A DNA stretch of 62,079 nucleotides, the filler included. It is 7 parts of 7 records of this genome, joined end to end, with 100 filler letters (N's around TTAATTAATTAA, not from the genome) between each part and the next. Parts side by side here need not be neighbours in the genome. Positions count along the whole stretch, not along the records: positions 1 to 13,938 come from SRR2962707_2919; 6 more parts are not named here. One strand, 5' to 3'. The notes beneath the pieces were generated by a model. It searched no databases. It was given only the letters and a program-made list of their open reading frames with translations, and had not been told where the DNA came from. Numbering within the stretch: position 1 is the first letter of the stretch; the number at the start of each line of letters is the position of its first letter. Shown here one piece after another: positions 1 to 13,788 of the stretch. The position numbers and the translations under genes were made by a program.

Positions 1-630
1 AGAGAGAGTGAGTGTGTGTGTGTGTGTGTGGGGGGGGTGCCTGCTTCGTTGGCCAGGGTCACACACTCACACACGCCCGTCAGTCTCCTTGTGTTCACTC
101 AAAAGTTCAAAAGTCTCCCACGAAGGGCATAATATTCGTGATAAGGTGTATTCTATGGATTATCACAGAGAGTTTGCGAATGATTCGGATAATTCGTCAT
201 AGCTGCGTCGGCGTTAGTATCAGTTCAATACTTGCGGTACTACTGCGAATAGTTGCAAGAGGTGAAGCAAGCGCACCAACTCGAAGCCCTCGCGCTCATT
301 CCGCAACGCTTGTTCGTGATAAGGGTGGGTCCTCAGCCTAAACGTCGGTAGGCCTGTCGGCATAGCTTCGTGATAGCAATGGGGATTGTGAGGAGCGATC
401 CTCTTTACCACGAATTGAAGTGGAAATGACGGGGGCATGAACGGGGAAAATAATAGTTCGTGGTAGTAATCCTTCCTTCACTGCTGAGTGTGGGTGTGGG
501 AGGGAGGGTGTTTCCGTTTCTCCTGCTGCTGCTTTCCTCTCCTCTCTCTTATCTTCTTCAACGGTGCTGGCGAAAGTCTGGGACCTGCGTCCGGTCCGAA
601 AGTCAGTCAGTTGGGGCGGTGTCTGTGGTG

Positions 631-658
631 GTTTCGAAGTTTCGAAGTTTCGAAGTTT
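631..658. repeat. Tandem 8-mer (GTTTCGAA)x3.5 upstream of the giant gene
   Basis: Read directly: gtttcgaagtttcgaagtttcgaagttt. Each unit contains the palindrome TTCGAA. Confidence 0.85.
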
Positions 659-1013
659 TGCTTCCTGCTCGACATGGAGAGTTGATACAAACACCTTGGC
701 ACACAGTCACGCACTCACACACTCACTGACAGACACACGCGTCCTGATTTTAGTCGGAAAAAATTGTTCCGAAATCCGAAAGTAATTGACTTGTTGAGGG
801 CGCTTTCAGAGAGTGCTCACTCGGTCACCAGTGCGGCTTTCAGGGTTGATTGTTGAGTGTACGTGAATTTGAGAGATACATCATTGTGATGGGTGAGCAG
901 TTTGTGCTTTGACGCTTAGGCTGCCGTCAAAAGGCGGTGTCTTTTGGCCATGGCTTGCGTGGCGCCTAACTCCAGTGCTCCTCTGCATCACGTGCGCGGG
1001 TAATTCCAGCACA

Positions 1014-4000
1014 ATGGAAAACAGCACCTTGAATTCGAAAAAACCGTCGCCAGCGGAAAATGCTGGCAATGCGCTGTCGAGTCCCTCTCCACAAAGTGGA
1101 AGTCAGAAGAAGACGAAGAAGGGTAAGAAGAATAGGAAGGGAGCTCCACCACCACCTCCACCTCCTCCTCCACGCGGGAAACCCGAACCGACCTTGACGA
1201 ACAAGTTAGCGGAAGAAAAGGCACTGCAGCGGTCCAAGGCAGTCGAAAAAATGCGGCGGAAGAATGCTGGAAGGAAAAGAGGGTCGAATATCCCGCCGCC
1301 TCCGCTGCGCGACGGCAGTGCCAGTGAAATGGAAGGTCCACGGTCAGCTGTGTCACCGTCTGGGTCGCCCAAGTCCGAGGGCGACACGTGGGCAACAACT
1401 TCCTCATCTTTGCATGGAGGAGAAATATTTGGAGCTCGTAAAAGTTTCACTCCCCGTGGTAGTTTTGATGCTTCCCCTGGCTCGTCACCCATTTCAAGGG
1501 CACAACGCCCACAATCCCACCAGACAACCCAACGCCACCACCACTTGTTAGCTCATCAGCGGGCCACAACAGCTCCGGCTCATTCGGAGATGCTAAACCA
1601 CCCTACCCTTGATCTTGGGCGCATGGACGAGACGCATGTGCCACCCCAATTGATGTTTGAACCGTTTAGCACAACGCCAGCCACAACCATCAGCTTTCAA
1701 GAATGGGCCCCTTTCGTAAACGATACAACATTGAAGCAGTTGTCGGTTTTTAATCGACTGGTTGAAGACCTTACCCTTCCGTCAACAATGCGTACATCAA
1801 CAGCAATGCTCCAGCGGGCGCTATCTGTTCAAACAAAGTTGAGGCGACTCTGCATTGTCGACACCTCCGCGACGGAACCGCAGGATGATTTGGACATGCG
1901 CGAATTGTCATTTTGGCGGATTGCCGGATTCAATTCCACCGGCCCACTCGTGCCGTCAGTTCGACAGCTTATCCTCGCTGGGAATGCCAGTTGGGTTGAC
2001 GATGAAGCGCTTGCAATAATTGGTGCCGTGTTCCCCGGACTCGCTCACCTCGATGTCGCTGGATGCCACCGTGTGAGTGATGTTGGGATTTCCGAAGTTG
2101 TGAGGAAATGTGATCGACTTCAGGCTTTGGTATTGAATGGTTGCTCACAAGTCACAGACTACGCTTTCCAGTTGCTTTGTCAAGCCGCCGGCCCACGTCT
2201 GATACACGTTGGTGCATCGGGCACAAAGATTTCTGATGGAGGCGTCAAGCGTTTGTTGGAAACTGCTCCGAAGTTGACTCGCTTGGAACTTCGTGGTTGC
2301 AGCTTCGACCCGGAAGTTATGCGGCGGATGATTGAGCGGGACGTTATCTACGGTGCTCGGCCAACGCGTGGACTACCTGTCTTGCGGTTTCTGGACTTGG
2401 CGTTTTGCCCACAGCTTCATGGATTGGCCATTGCCTGGATTGCAGCGGGATGCACGCAGCTTTCAGCCGTGTCTGTACGTGCATGTCCGTCTTTGCACAA
2501 TAAGGGCCTTTCCGGTTTCCAAGGCTGCCGCTCGTTGACAACGTTGGATCTTGCTCGAAACCCACATTTTGACGATGCGGGCATTGGCAGTCTGAAGGGC
2601 TGTGCGTCTGCTCCATCCCTTCGGCGACTCGACCTTGGAGGGTGCACGGGCATCAGTGATGCTGCTCTTCAGGCGCTTGCTGGAACATTCCCCTGTGTGC
2701 GCGATCTGAGTTTGCACTCGATAAAACACCTCAAAGGGCCCGGGTTGTTGGGGTTCCTTGTGGCCCCTCCTCGTAACTTGAATCTCGGCAATGCAAACTT
2801 ACCAGACGGAAGACTCGCATTCGCAGCTGCGACATTGACACGGCTGGATCTCGGTGGTTGCAAATCACTTCAACCAGAGGCCCTAATGGACGCTTTGCGA
2901 GCTTGTGAGGTCCTGCGAGATGTAAATCTCTCCGGGGTCGAGTGTGTCGATGACGACGTTCTTGCTGCCATCGAGTAAGTTGCCGACTAGCCCCACGCTT
3001 TGGAATGTCTATGCCGCTTCGAGGCCACGCGTCATTGGTCTGCCCGTTCGCATCCGCTGTTGCTCAAATCTATGGCATGTTGTTAATTGCTGGTTGGTCA
3101 GGTACTCCCTTCGCGCAGTACGGCGTCTGTCACTTTGTGGGTGCCCTCGAATCAGCAACTTTGGGTTGACACTTTTGCCTGTTGCAAACTTGACGAGTTT
3201 ATCGCTTAGCAATTTGCCGCGCATTGGGGCCGATGCTGTGGCAGCTGCTTTGGAGCCCATGCCTTCGCTGCAACAGCTCGACTTGTCGGGTTGCACCGGC
3301 CTTAAGGCCTCTCGTCTTGTCGGGGCTTTGTTGCGCGTGGGGCGGCTTTTCGCAAATAATCTGGGCGTTGAATCTGTTGGTGGAGTCATTACTAGCATGC
3401 ACGATCTTGAAAGGGCCCGGCGAGAATTTTACAATCACCACTCTGCTCCTCCAGCCCTTGCGTCTTTTGGTTTCAACCAGCGAGAAGGTACAGTGCCAGA
3501 AGTATCCTCGACGGTCCCGACTGCGGCCGAGTTGACAAGAAGCTCGATGTCGGTGAACAGCCCGTTTCTCACCAAGAATGTCGGGACCGGCGCGAGTACT
3601 GCTGCCGCAACATTGCTTGAGGCAACACGCATGGATGGAGAAAGTGATGCTTTGCTCCAAGATAACGTGGGTCTGCTTGGCCTACAAAGCCTGAATGTAA
3701 TGGACTGTCAAGACTTTGCGTTTGCAGGCGAACGCACGGCACTGATGCAGGCTCTTGATGAATTTACATCATCGTTGCGCGGAGTTTTGGTGCATCATTT
3801 GCAAGTTGTACGCGATGATGTGGACTTTGTGGGCTTGCGCACCGATCCCTCTGACTCGACTGCACTTCGACGACATGAATATGCCCATGCTTTTGCTTTA
3901 GCATGTGGGTGTGCATTGACGATCCAGTGTTTTTACCGAACCACAGTCGCACGGCAGAAGTACATGGAGCGTTACGCTCGACGCGCAAATATGTTGCATC

Positions 4001-7000
4001 GTGCCTGCACTGTTGTTCAAACTGCTGTTCGGGGTATGCTGGCGAAGAAAACTGTAGCTAAGCTCCGGCACGATGCAGCGCTCCAGGCAGCCAGGGATTT
4101 GGAGGCTCTGCGAATCATGGAAGCAAAATTTCGGGAGCAGCAAGCGAAGAAAGAGCGGCGATTTCTGTTGACCCGCACTTTTGGTTTTCTTCGTTTGTGG
4201 ACACGGGCCCGCCTTCAGGCGAAGCGATTGGCGAAAACGGCTCTCCGACTATGGGCCATATGGAGGGTCGTTAATGCTAGGTACGAGGCGCGGCGATGGA
4301 AGGCGTTTGTGAAAGCTCGTGTTGGTGTCGTGACAACATGAAAAGTCAAAGTGTAAGTACTTGATTCTGTTTCCCAAAATGCATTGATAGGTATGCACGG
4401 CGAACGCTGCTGCAGGTCTTGCCAGCTTTTCGAGGGGCATGCCGTGCACAGCGAATTCGACGGCAGCACCTGACGAAAGTTTTTTTGAGTTCCATTCCCG
4501 GTGTTGAGGCGCTTAATTCGTCAGCTCAACGCCATTCACAGCAGCTCTCTTTGCACTTCGCCCGCCGACGCTTTTGCAAGCCAGCTTTGGCTGTTTGGAG
4601 AACGGAGGTTCTTGACGTTTTGCATGACAAGCAACGCAGAGCAGCAATGCATTGTGATCGTGTGGCTTTGCGCAAAGCTTATCAAGCGTGGGGTGTCTGG
4701 CTGGCATATCACCACCAACGCCAGCAGCACAAACACAGGCAATGGGGACGAGCTGTTGCTCACCATGGCCGTATTCTATCGTTGAAAACTCTCCGAGAAC
4801 TTCGGCGGGCGGCTCAATGGGAACGTGAGCATAGGGCAGTGTTTGAAAAGCTGCGTGGAAAATTTGCCAGTCGCTTGGTTCTTCGCTGCTTCAACACGCT
4901 TGTGCAACAGATGCTACGCCGACGACGCAAGCATGTTGCGGATGCTCATGCCCGTTCTGCGCACAAACGAACCACATTGCGCTTTTTGAAACTTGCAGCA
5001 GACGCCACCCGTGGTCGCGACAGAAATTTTCGAAGCGCCGTGCGCCTTGCACTTCACCGTACAAAGAAACGATGCTTTCGGGCAATGTGGAAGTGGGTAT
5101 CCCGAGGGCGTCTGCTACCTCTCACTATTTTTAAAGTGAAAAGGGCACATGTCCTTGGAAATCATTTGGCATTGTGGAAGATTTTTGTCGAGCAAGACCG
5201 CGCCCGTGAGTCAGCAAACCGAGAGCAGTATTTGAAAGACCGAGCCGAACGCAAGCGCATCCTTCTGGAGCTACGACGCGTTGAAAACGGAGCCGCTTCC
5301 ATCATGCAAGCGATCTGGCGCGGGGCCGTTGACCGAAAATTTGCAGCATTTCGCCGCACATTCCTTGAAAAGTACGTGACACGTATTCAAGCTCTGTATC
5401 GTGGTGCGCAAGGCAAGTTGGTAAAACGCAAGCGTGAGCGAATGAAGCGTTTGTTGGACTACAAAGCACGAGAGGAAGATCAAATTGGCATGGAGCTTGC
5501 TGACCGTGAATCCCACCAATGGCGCAGTTTTGAGCGCGCAGTGACACGTCTGCAGGCAAATTTGCGCGGGAAATTCAGCAAGCTCTTCGCCTACCGAATG
5601 AAGCAAAAAATCGTTCGCCAACGCGCCATCGACGAGCGTGAACAGCGAAAACTTGCAATCAAGCGGGCGGAGAAAAAGGCGGAGTCACGCGCGGACGACT
5701 CTGCCTTGCGCGAGCTTATGGCTGTGCGAATTCAGTGTCTTTATCGGAGCAACAAAGCCGCAAGTGTCTACAAACAAGTCATTCGTCATCGTGAGTTGGT
5801 AAAATGTGGCACGAGGATCCAAACATGGTGAGTTTGGTCGCAAGTAGCGATGTGGAGGTAGTGGTTCGCTGCCAGAACTGTCCGTTGCTGAATTTCTTGT
5901 TGTTATTGAGGTTTCGAAGGAATTTTTCCAGCATTTTCGAATTTGTGGTTGCGTAATCCGCACTTGACAATAGAGCGTCGTGGTTGATGCTGCGAAGGTA
6001 CCGATTCCGGCAGGCAAACAAAGATCGCGCAAGGAAAATCCGGTTATTGAATATGAAAGTTGAAATGAACAAGCGCCGTCGTGCAACAGCGTCACTATTA
6101 CGTGGTTCAGGGCTTCGGACACGAAAGGTGCAGAATGAAGCTCGGCGCCAGCTTACAAAGTTTGGATTGTATCCAGATACTTTTTGTGGCGATCCCCAGT
6201 CACTTCGACAGTCGCTGGTGGATGACTGGCACGAGTTGCTGCGCCACGCTCGCTCATCATTTCGCTATTTTATGCACTTGCGACACAAGATGGCGTGGGC
6301 TCGGGACTTTGAAGTGCCAACAGAAAACGATGAACTCACCCTGCAGCAAGAGGAATGGCAGCCAGCCATTAGTCGGTATGACAGTGTTCAGGTGGTCAGT
6401 ATGGAGCATGCCCGCTTTGGCGAAACTGGCTTCGTTCTTGGATTTGTTGGAGACGGAGGGTACGGCACCAAAGCAGCTGTGAAAATGGATTCAGATGGAG
6501 TGCAAGTTTTCACACCCTTGTGGCAAGCCATCAAAGGCGTAGGACTTCGACCAACTTTAGTGCGAGTAGCCACACCAGTGTGGCGACGCTTTACGCAAGC
6601 TGATATAGATCCCTGCCGAACCAAGCTGCTTCTCTACGCGCAGAAGGCAGCTGTGCATCTGCGTGCTTACAGGGCGGCAAGGCGCGTTCAAAAAATTATA
6701 CGTATGCGCCACGCTCGTATTGCTATCAGTGAAACACGACGTTTATACTACCGGGTGAGTCACGGTATCGTCCTGCTCTTCTTTTGTGGCACAAAACTTT
6801 ACGACCTTAAATGCGAGGTTTGAATTCATTGCTTGTTTTTTTAATATCGTTTTTACAGGCAATTCAGCTGCGGCGACAACAGGTGTACCGCGTTTTGGCC
6901 CGTCTTCACCTCGCGACAGCAGCGAATGGAAGATTGTTGGTTAAGCTGCGGGTGCTCAAGCCAGAAGATATGCCGCACCTCCCCGAATCGATTGATTTCG

Positions 7001-10000
7001 ATTTTGCAGGCTACCGACGCAAAGTGGAACGATCCCTTCAAATGGAAATTAAAGATCTTTTTGAAGAAAAACGGGGGATGCTGTAAGTGAGCCCTGGCTC
7101 TGTTGGAATTGAATTTCGGATTTTGGGTGGAGATTGTTCTTTCGTACGTCTGACGTATTGATTTGCTGTCCAGATACCGCCAGGTGAAGGCCGGGAAAAT
7201 TGCCAAAGACGACGTTTTACGATGGCGCGAGCGGACACCTGCGGCATTGGCCATGACCAAGTTCACATCGTGGGTGCAGAAGCACGTTCTTTTCAAAGTC
7301 GCAGAGAAGCTCATTATTGACGGTGACACACTCGACCTTGACAACGACGAGGACGAGCGGTCTCGATTTTTGCACGGGCTGGCACGTGCTGTTGGTGGAG
7401 CAGATTTCTTTTACGATGTGGATGAACGCAACGCTTGGGCTGGACTGCATTTTCTGGAGGAGTTGCGTCATTCACCCCACGTTACTCATAACCCATTGTT
7501 CCCCGTGTCGGGTCACTGCATTGTACATGGGGTATGGGCTGGGAATGTGCCACATGGGGACGGAATGGCTTGGTTTCCGGTGGGGCGAGATCCGCAAGAA
7601 ATAATCTTTGCACGCCAAAAAGCTTCCTTCAAGGACGCCGATCGTGAGTGGCCGCTTTATGACGAGATCCAAGGCGTTTTTGACCAGGGGCGACTTCGAA
7701 CGGACGTTAAAACGCACATTCGCTTTCGCACCGGGGACCGCTACGTCGGCTTTTTTGTACCGTTCGGTGGTAAAGCACGGGGTGATCATCGTGGAACTTG
7801 GTACGATGAATTCAATTTGGAGCTTGCCTTTCAATCGCGTTTCAACACGTCAACACCTTCGTGGCACAGTTACCAATAAGGGCTCATTGTGGGACCGTCA
7901 CAAAAATGAAATTGCTGTGGCGTAGGTACAAGCACAATGGATGGGTCTATAAAGGAACATCCGTCACCAACCACTTTAACTTCAAGCAGATTCAAGGCTA
8001 CTTCCGCGTAGTGACCCCGAAAGGGGGGCGCTACACGGGCCACATCTACAACAACAAGCGTCATGGCTTTGGATACATGAAGTTTGGAGTCGGCGACGAC
8101 GCGGCACAGTCAGTATTTTAATCAGAGCTTAATTTGTCGTTTATCGGTTTCTGATTCACTGCTGATAGAAATTTAATGCTGAAATGCCTCCTTATCACTC
8201 CAGGTACCGAGGCGAGTGGCGGATAGGGTTGCGGCATGGGTTCGGCACATTTGTTAGCAAAGAGGGTGATGTGTACACAGGTGAGTGGGTGAACGACAAG
8301 AAGCATGGGCGCGGTGTGGAGAAGCTGGCTGATGGCGTAACTATTTACGAAGGCAACTTTGTGGACGGGCGATGGCACGGTGATGGTGTTCTCCGACGCC
8401 CCTCAAAGTACTTTCCTGGCCAAGTGGATCGAATTGAAGCGCAGTTTGAGTTCGTTCTCGCCTAGTTTGCTCATTTGTTGCGTTTCACAAACGCAAGTCA
8501 GAGTCTCACCTGTGGTTGTTGCTGTACGACGACTAGGTATGGTCATATTCATGGAAACGGGAAATTGTACTTTCCGAATGGTGATCGTTTTGAGGGCACG
8601 TTCGAAAAAAGCATGCGAGCAGGGCAGGGTAAAGTTTTTTTCACGACCAGTGAGCGGTTCGAGGGCAATTTTGAAGCGGACGAAATGCATGGCCGGGGGG
8701 TCTGGTCCAAGCCACGCGGGGGTGGATTTGACGAAAAGCGTGTCGGCATTTGGGACAAGGTGGTTTTTTATGTTTTTCGCATGTGGTTTGACCTATTCGT
8801 TGACGTTCATGGGTATTGCACTTAACAAGCCTTTCGATTCTATTTCATGCCGCACAAAGGGGAACCACCAGCGATGGCTAGGCTATGCGGTATCGAAACT
8901 GGTCACCACTGAGTTTTGTGACCGGTTTAGAGCTGACAATCCTGATAGTTTCAAAGGAATGTACGCGCAGTTTGTTGCCGAGAAAATTCCAGATCTGCCG
9001 ACAGGCGTGGACGGCACCGACGAACGTGTCAGCGAGATATTGTCCAAGATTATGCTTGAGCAAGGACCACTTGCGCAGAAACTCATGTTACAGAAAACTC
9101 AGGCGGAGTAAGTGGGGATGCTAGTTTCATCAAGCTCTGCTTTCACCAAGAATAGTCAACATGTACGAGCGGTAGAATGTGGCAAGTGACTTATTTGCAA
9201 CGCGCGACTGGATCATTGATTAGGTTTGATTTCCACCAGCCTGTTGCAAACGCAGCATCTGAAAAGCTGACAGAGGCCAAAATGAGGATCGAAGAGTGCA
9301 AAGACAATTTGGACATCGCTTCTCGACGAGTGCGACAATCCAAAGCGTTGCTGAAGAAGCTTCGGGACACGCGAGAGACTTTCGATAAAGAGCTTGACAC
9401 GTTCTGGAGCACTGACGAACATCGTCTGCAAGAACGCTACGAGCGATCTGTGAGTTTGCTAGAAGAGCTGGACCGAGAAGATTGGTGCGTTGTCCGTTTC
9501 ATTGACCGTCAGTTTCATCCGCCTTGTCGCTGTGAACATTAACGTGCATGGTTTGACAATGCCTCACCTACCTTTTTTTTTCAGGTATAAGCTACGAGCA
9601 ATCCCTTCGCCACCCCCTCCAATCGAGATGACGCTTCAGTCTTGCCTCGCGATATTTGGCATTTTAGACGTGAGCTGGGAAGAAGTCAAGCTTTTGTGCA
9701 ATGACAACATTGTGAATATGAGGTGCGTCTTGGCTGTTGTTTGTGTTTAAGCCCATCTGCGACACAGTGAGCAGTTTGGTAGTTTGGTAACCTTTTGCCT
9801 GAACCATGCACGGTTGTGGTTTGCATGCAGATACGACGATAAAGACGCTTTCATCAACACCTATGATAACAAGTTTGTGTTTGAGACAAAACGCTTAGAT
9901 ATTTACGCTGTGGCGAAGCGCCCAGTCACCAGTGAGACAATGAAGAGTATTGAGAGGGTATTCTATCACCCCGACGTCTTGCCCAACAACCCAGAAGTTT

Positions 10001-11625
10001 ACGAGACTTCCCTCGCCGCATCACGGGTTGTCGGGTGGTTTCGACGATTTTTCTTGTACGTTTTGCTCATTCACTCTGTGACGAACATAGGCACCTTGCG
10101 GCTCAGATATTAATCGTTTCATTTTGTTGCGCATTGACAGATACATGCGCAAGGCGCGAGAGGTTTTGGATGTTTATGACAAAGTCGTCAAAGTGAAGCA
10201 TGATCTCGACGAAGAAATCGACCGCTCGTATGAGTTGGAGGACAAGCTCAAGGATGCTGAAACCGAGCTACGCGAGGCGCAAACTCTGCTGGAAATCACC
10301 GAGGCGGTGCACACAACTGTGATGGACAAAAAGAACTATTTGCAAGGTTGCCTTGACAGCCTACATCGCACGATCATCGATTTAACTGGGAATACACTCG
10401 TGCGGGACATGGCATCTTCCACTCTTGAAGACGCATTACAGACCCGCGAGCTCAGCACAGACGACGTGTTCACCAAAGCTCGAGCGAATGATGTTGACGC
10501 CATTCACGCAATCCTTGAAGCTGACTTTGATGTTGGCACCCAAGACGAGAATGGGAATACTCTGCTGCACGTTGCTGCTCAGCAGGTCGACATTGAGCTC
10601 TGCAAGTTACTGGTGGAAAAGTACAGTGCACCCTTGGACGTGCAGAACAAGACGGGCAACACTGCACTGCACTACGCGCTGCACTATGGCGCGGAAACTG
10701 AACTTGGTCCGTACCTTATTGAAAAGGGCGCTTCGGATACAATAGATAACGCGCTGGGGCTCACGCCATACGATGGTGCGGGTGCGAGTGAACGAAAGGC
10801 ATTACGTGAAGCGACTGGGGATGCGACGGCTGGTCTCTTGAAATCCGACGACGAGGGCGAAGACTCGGAGCAAGACCAAGAGGCAACAAACACCAACTCT
10901 CAATCTTCAGCGCGAGGTAGCAACGAGCTTAAGGTGGACGAGGAGGAAAGCAAGACACAGACGGGGAATGTCACAGCTGGTGAGAGTAAAGGAGCCGTCG
11001 TTGCTGTCGAATTCGACAAAATGCCTATCACAGACAAAGAGAGTGCCTTTGGCGCTGCTGGTTCAGCCGACGCAGGTTCACTAACTCGTATGCTGGACGA
11101 TCGATTCGTCAATTGCTCCGTCACAGACGTAGATGAGGACGGCAACACGTACGTTGGTCTCCGAGCCGCTTGTTTTGCATCTGGCGAGTGGCGAGTTCAT
11201 CGTCGGCGTGTTGGTGTCTTGGATGTGTCCCAGATCGGTGGACATGTCTTGATGATTTGAATTGCATTCAAATCGTGAAAATGGTGTCAACACGTGGCTG
11301 ATTCCCTAACGAGAGTTCAATCGTCTTGATTAGGTATCTCCTCGCAGCAGCGAAAGCAATGCAGGGGCAAGATAACGTGTTCAAGTATCAGGGACTGATG
11401 CTCTCTTTGCTGAAACGCAAGTCCGATGTCAACCACGTCAATGTGCAGGGCAACACTGCCCTTCACTTTGCTTACCAGTACGACGAGAGTGGCAGTGTGG
11501 CTGCATTCTTGATTGAGAATGGAGCAGACGATACTGTGGTGAACCACGCTGGATTGACTTGCTACGATGGAGTTGACACTCTGCGCGAGCCTGGTGCGAG
11601 TGGAGGGAATGATGCTTTTTGGTGA
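1014..11625 (+). CDS. Giant (~3002 aa) multidomain protein: Pro-rich N-terminus, FBXL/AMN1-type LRRs, IQ motifs, SFI1-like repeats, MORN repeats, dynein stalk/MTBD-like segment, ankyrin repeats
   Basis: Manual 15-exon GT-AG model: 1014-2974, 3102-4280, 4391-5827, 5998-6754, 6859-7082, 7174-7800, 7926-8108, 8204-8449, 8537-8759, 8860-9107, 9224-9484, 9585-9722, 9831-10055, 10141-11148, 11334-11625. The exons total 9009 nt, are divisible by 3 and chain the long ORFs. Motifs: LRRLDLGGCTGISDAALQALA (LRR); IQALYRG, LQANLRG, MQAIWRG (IQ); ALRKAYQAW, KRCFRAMWKW (SFI1-like); YTGEWVNDKKHGRG (MORN); GNTALHYA (ANK). Confidence 0.8.
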
Positions 11626-11633
11626 GAAGAGGC

Positions 11634-11639
11634 AATAAA
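11634..11639 (+). promoter_or_regulatory. Candidate polyadenylation signal AATAAA
   Basis: AATAAA lies 8 nt after the TGA, in the AT-rich gap between the convergent genes. Confidence 0.35.
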
Positions 11640-11782
11640 TTCTCATGTTCTATTATTTATAATTATACTTTGTGATATCGATCCGACTGTCGCCCACCGT
11701 TGGCAGACCCAAGCTATTTTTTCCATTCCAGTGATGTTGCTCCTGGTTGACCCAGCAACGGCAACACAAGAGCGCACCCAAT

Positions 11783-13788
11783 CTACTGCGAGACCACGCT
11801 CTGGTCACCACTGGCAGTGTTCTGCATCAATTCAGCAAGTCGCTTCAGCCGATACTGGACTTCAGATACATATGCTGGACCAGCAATATTCGGTTGGCCA
11901 CTATCTGCCTCACCACGGCCTCCGCATCCATGCTCCCGGAGATAGTCTTGGCCGAAAAAACCACCGCCAGCCGGCTCAACTACGAATTGCGCGTAATGAA
12001 GTACTTGCTCAGAGGAAATCGGAAACATGCGCTCGAGCAACCCCTGCCGGTACGATTGTTCCTCAAGCTCAACAAGAAACTCTGCCAAGTCGACGTCGTT
12101 CGCATCCACGTCCAGTGGAACACCTGGACTACCAGCATTACCCACTTCATCGGGTGTGTCGTGCACAAGAGCTCTTGCTGGTGGCTTTGGTGAAAACTCA
12201 CGGTTCGTTAGGCCAAGCTCCATGGGTGCTGCTGCAACCGCCTTTGGTGGAAGGGGGACACCCACGAGGTTGAGTGTGTCTGCCAATAATCTACCCTTGA
12301 TCAGCTTATCCATTGGTGATGCAGCAGAGATATCTGGTGAGTAATTTAATTCCAGAACCTAATTGCAGGGGTTGGCAAGTGCACAGTTGGCGCAGGGGGT
12401 GTAGTGAACTGTGCGTGTGGCAAAGTACAACAGGAACTAAAGATGGCGAATAAAATTGCCGGTTTCACAAGCTTTGCGCCTTACGCATTGAGAAAGCCCA
12501 CCAACTCACCATAGGTTGTGCTTGATCGTCCAGAATAATATCAATGCCGTAAAGCTCAAACCCTTGGCGACGGTGCATGCCAGCCCTTTGCGCGGCTCCT
12601 CGAGAGTGAGCAGCAACGCTCAAGAGTGTCTTGATGATCACGTCGTTGATGCGCCCGCGAAGCTGAACGATGTCGACTCCGTCACTTTGAAGCCGCTGCA
12701 GCACTGCAGAGTAAGCGCGTTTGCTCCCACGCGACATGTCGTCAGCATCCTCGTTTTTTTCGTAATCCAAACTGTATTTTTGCACACTGTAGTTTGTGAG
12801 GTGAGCAAAGCTGTCACTGACCGTGGAAGGGTCCGCGGAGTACCTGCGCCACAGAATGGGGCAGCAAAATAGAGTCAGCCTCGAGGTGAAGAGCAAAACT
12901 GGATGGCCTCATAAAGGACGTGTACATTTTCAAGTGCACACCAACTCACGGAGTGGTGCAAAAGCGACCAAGTCCTTCCGGGAAGATGTAGCAACAGAGA
13001 GGATCCAACGATGTGACAACAACGTAGATTCTGAGGTCAAACTTGAGACCGTCGATGAGATACGGTCGTTTTAAGTAGCGCTGGACGACCACGGCTGCGG
13101 GATCTGCTGGCTGCTTAAGCTTGATCTCGGTGTTTCGAAGATCGGGGGGGAGTTGTTCGCGGGGTTGATTGACTTTTTCAAGCAATCGGTCTTTGTCTGC
13201 GGCAGCCCAAACGGTTATCCCTCGTCCTCTTGAGGCGGCGTACGGTTTCTCTATCCAGAGGCTGTCTGGCTCAGCATCCATGGTCTGCACCATTTTAGCT
13301 TTGTCAAACGGCAGCACGAAAGTCTCCGGGCAGACGCGTCCGTACTCTGCTGGGAAGCGCCGTCTGAGGTGAGCCATCGCGTGAGCTAAAAAGTTCTTGT
13401 GGCTGAGGAGGTGAGAACTTGGGAGGTGGTTGAGCTTGTGCCACGGGCGCAAGGTTTCTCGTAGCGTTTCATAGTGCTCTGCAAAGTGCCTGCCCCAGGA
13501 CAACGAAAAGTCGGCAAAGTCTCTGCCGAAACCAGCCAGCTTGATGGCGTTGATGAGAGATCTCTGCTCGTTGGGGGTGCTGAGATTGATGGTTTTGGCT
13601 TCCACCTCCAGCGTGCGAACTCCAGAGCGGTCTCGCTTCATGCCGAGTCCAGCAGGGTAGTCAAAGAACACGAAGTTTTCGCCGAGGGCTTTGCCTGCAG
13701 GAGTCCGAGCCAGTTGGACCGGGACGGTCACCAGCTTCTTCGGCTTCGCCGCCGGAGGCGGCGGAGGGGGAGGCGGGCCTCCAGACAT
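11783..13788 (-). CDS. Tubulin-tyrosine-ligase-like (TTLL4/5-like) tubulin polyglutamylase, ~582 aa
   Basis: Exons 13788-12950, 12843-12510, 12358-11783 (1749 nt). TTL motifs: WIEKPYAASRGRGI, QRYLKRPYLIDGLKFDLRIYVVVTSLDPL, GRFCT, HLTNYSVQK, FELYGIDIILD, and LELNYSP...SPMDKLIKGRLLADTLNLVG. The subfamily assignment is tentative. Confidence 0.9.

Noticed and set aside
631-658. Heat-shock element
   Set aside because: The period is 8 nt (TTCGAA with no spacer), not the alternating 5-nt nGAAn array.
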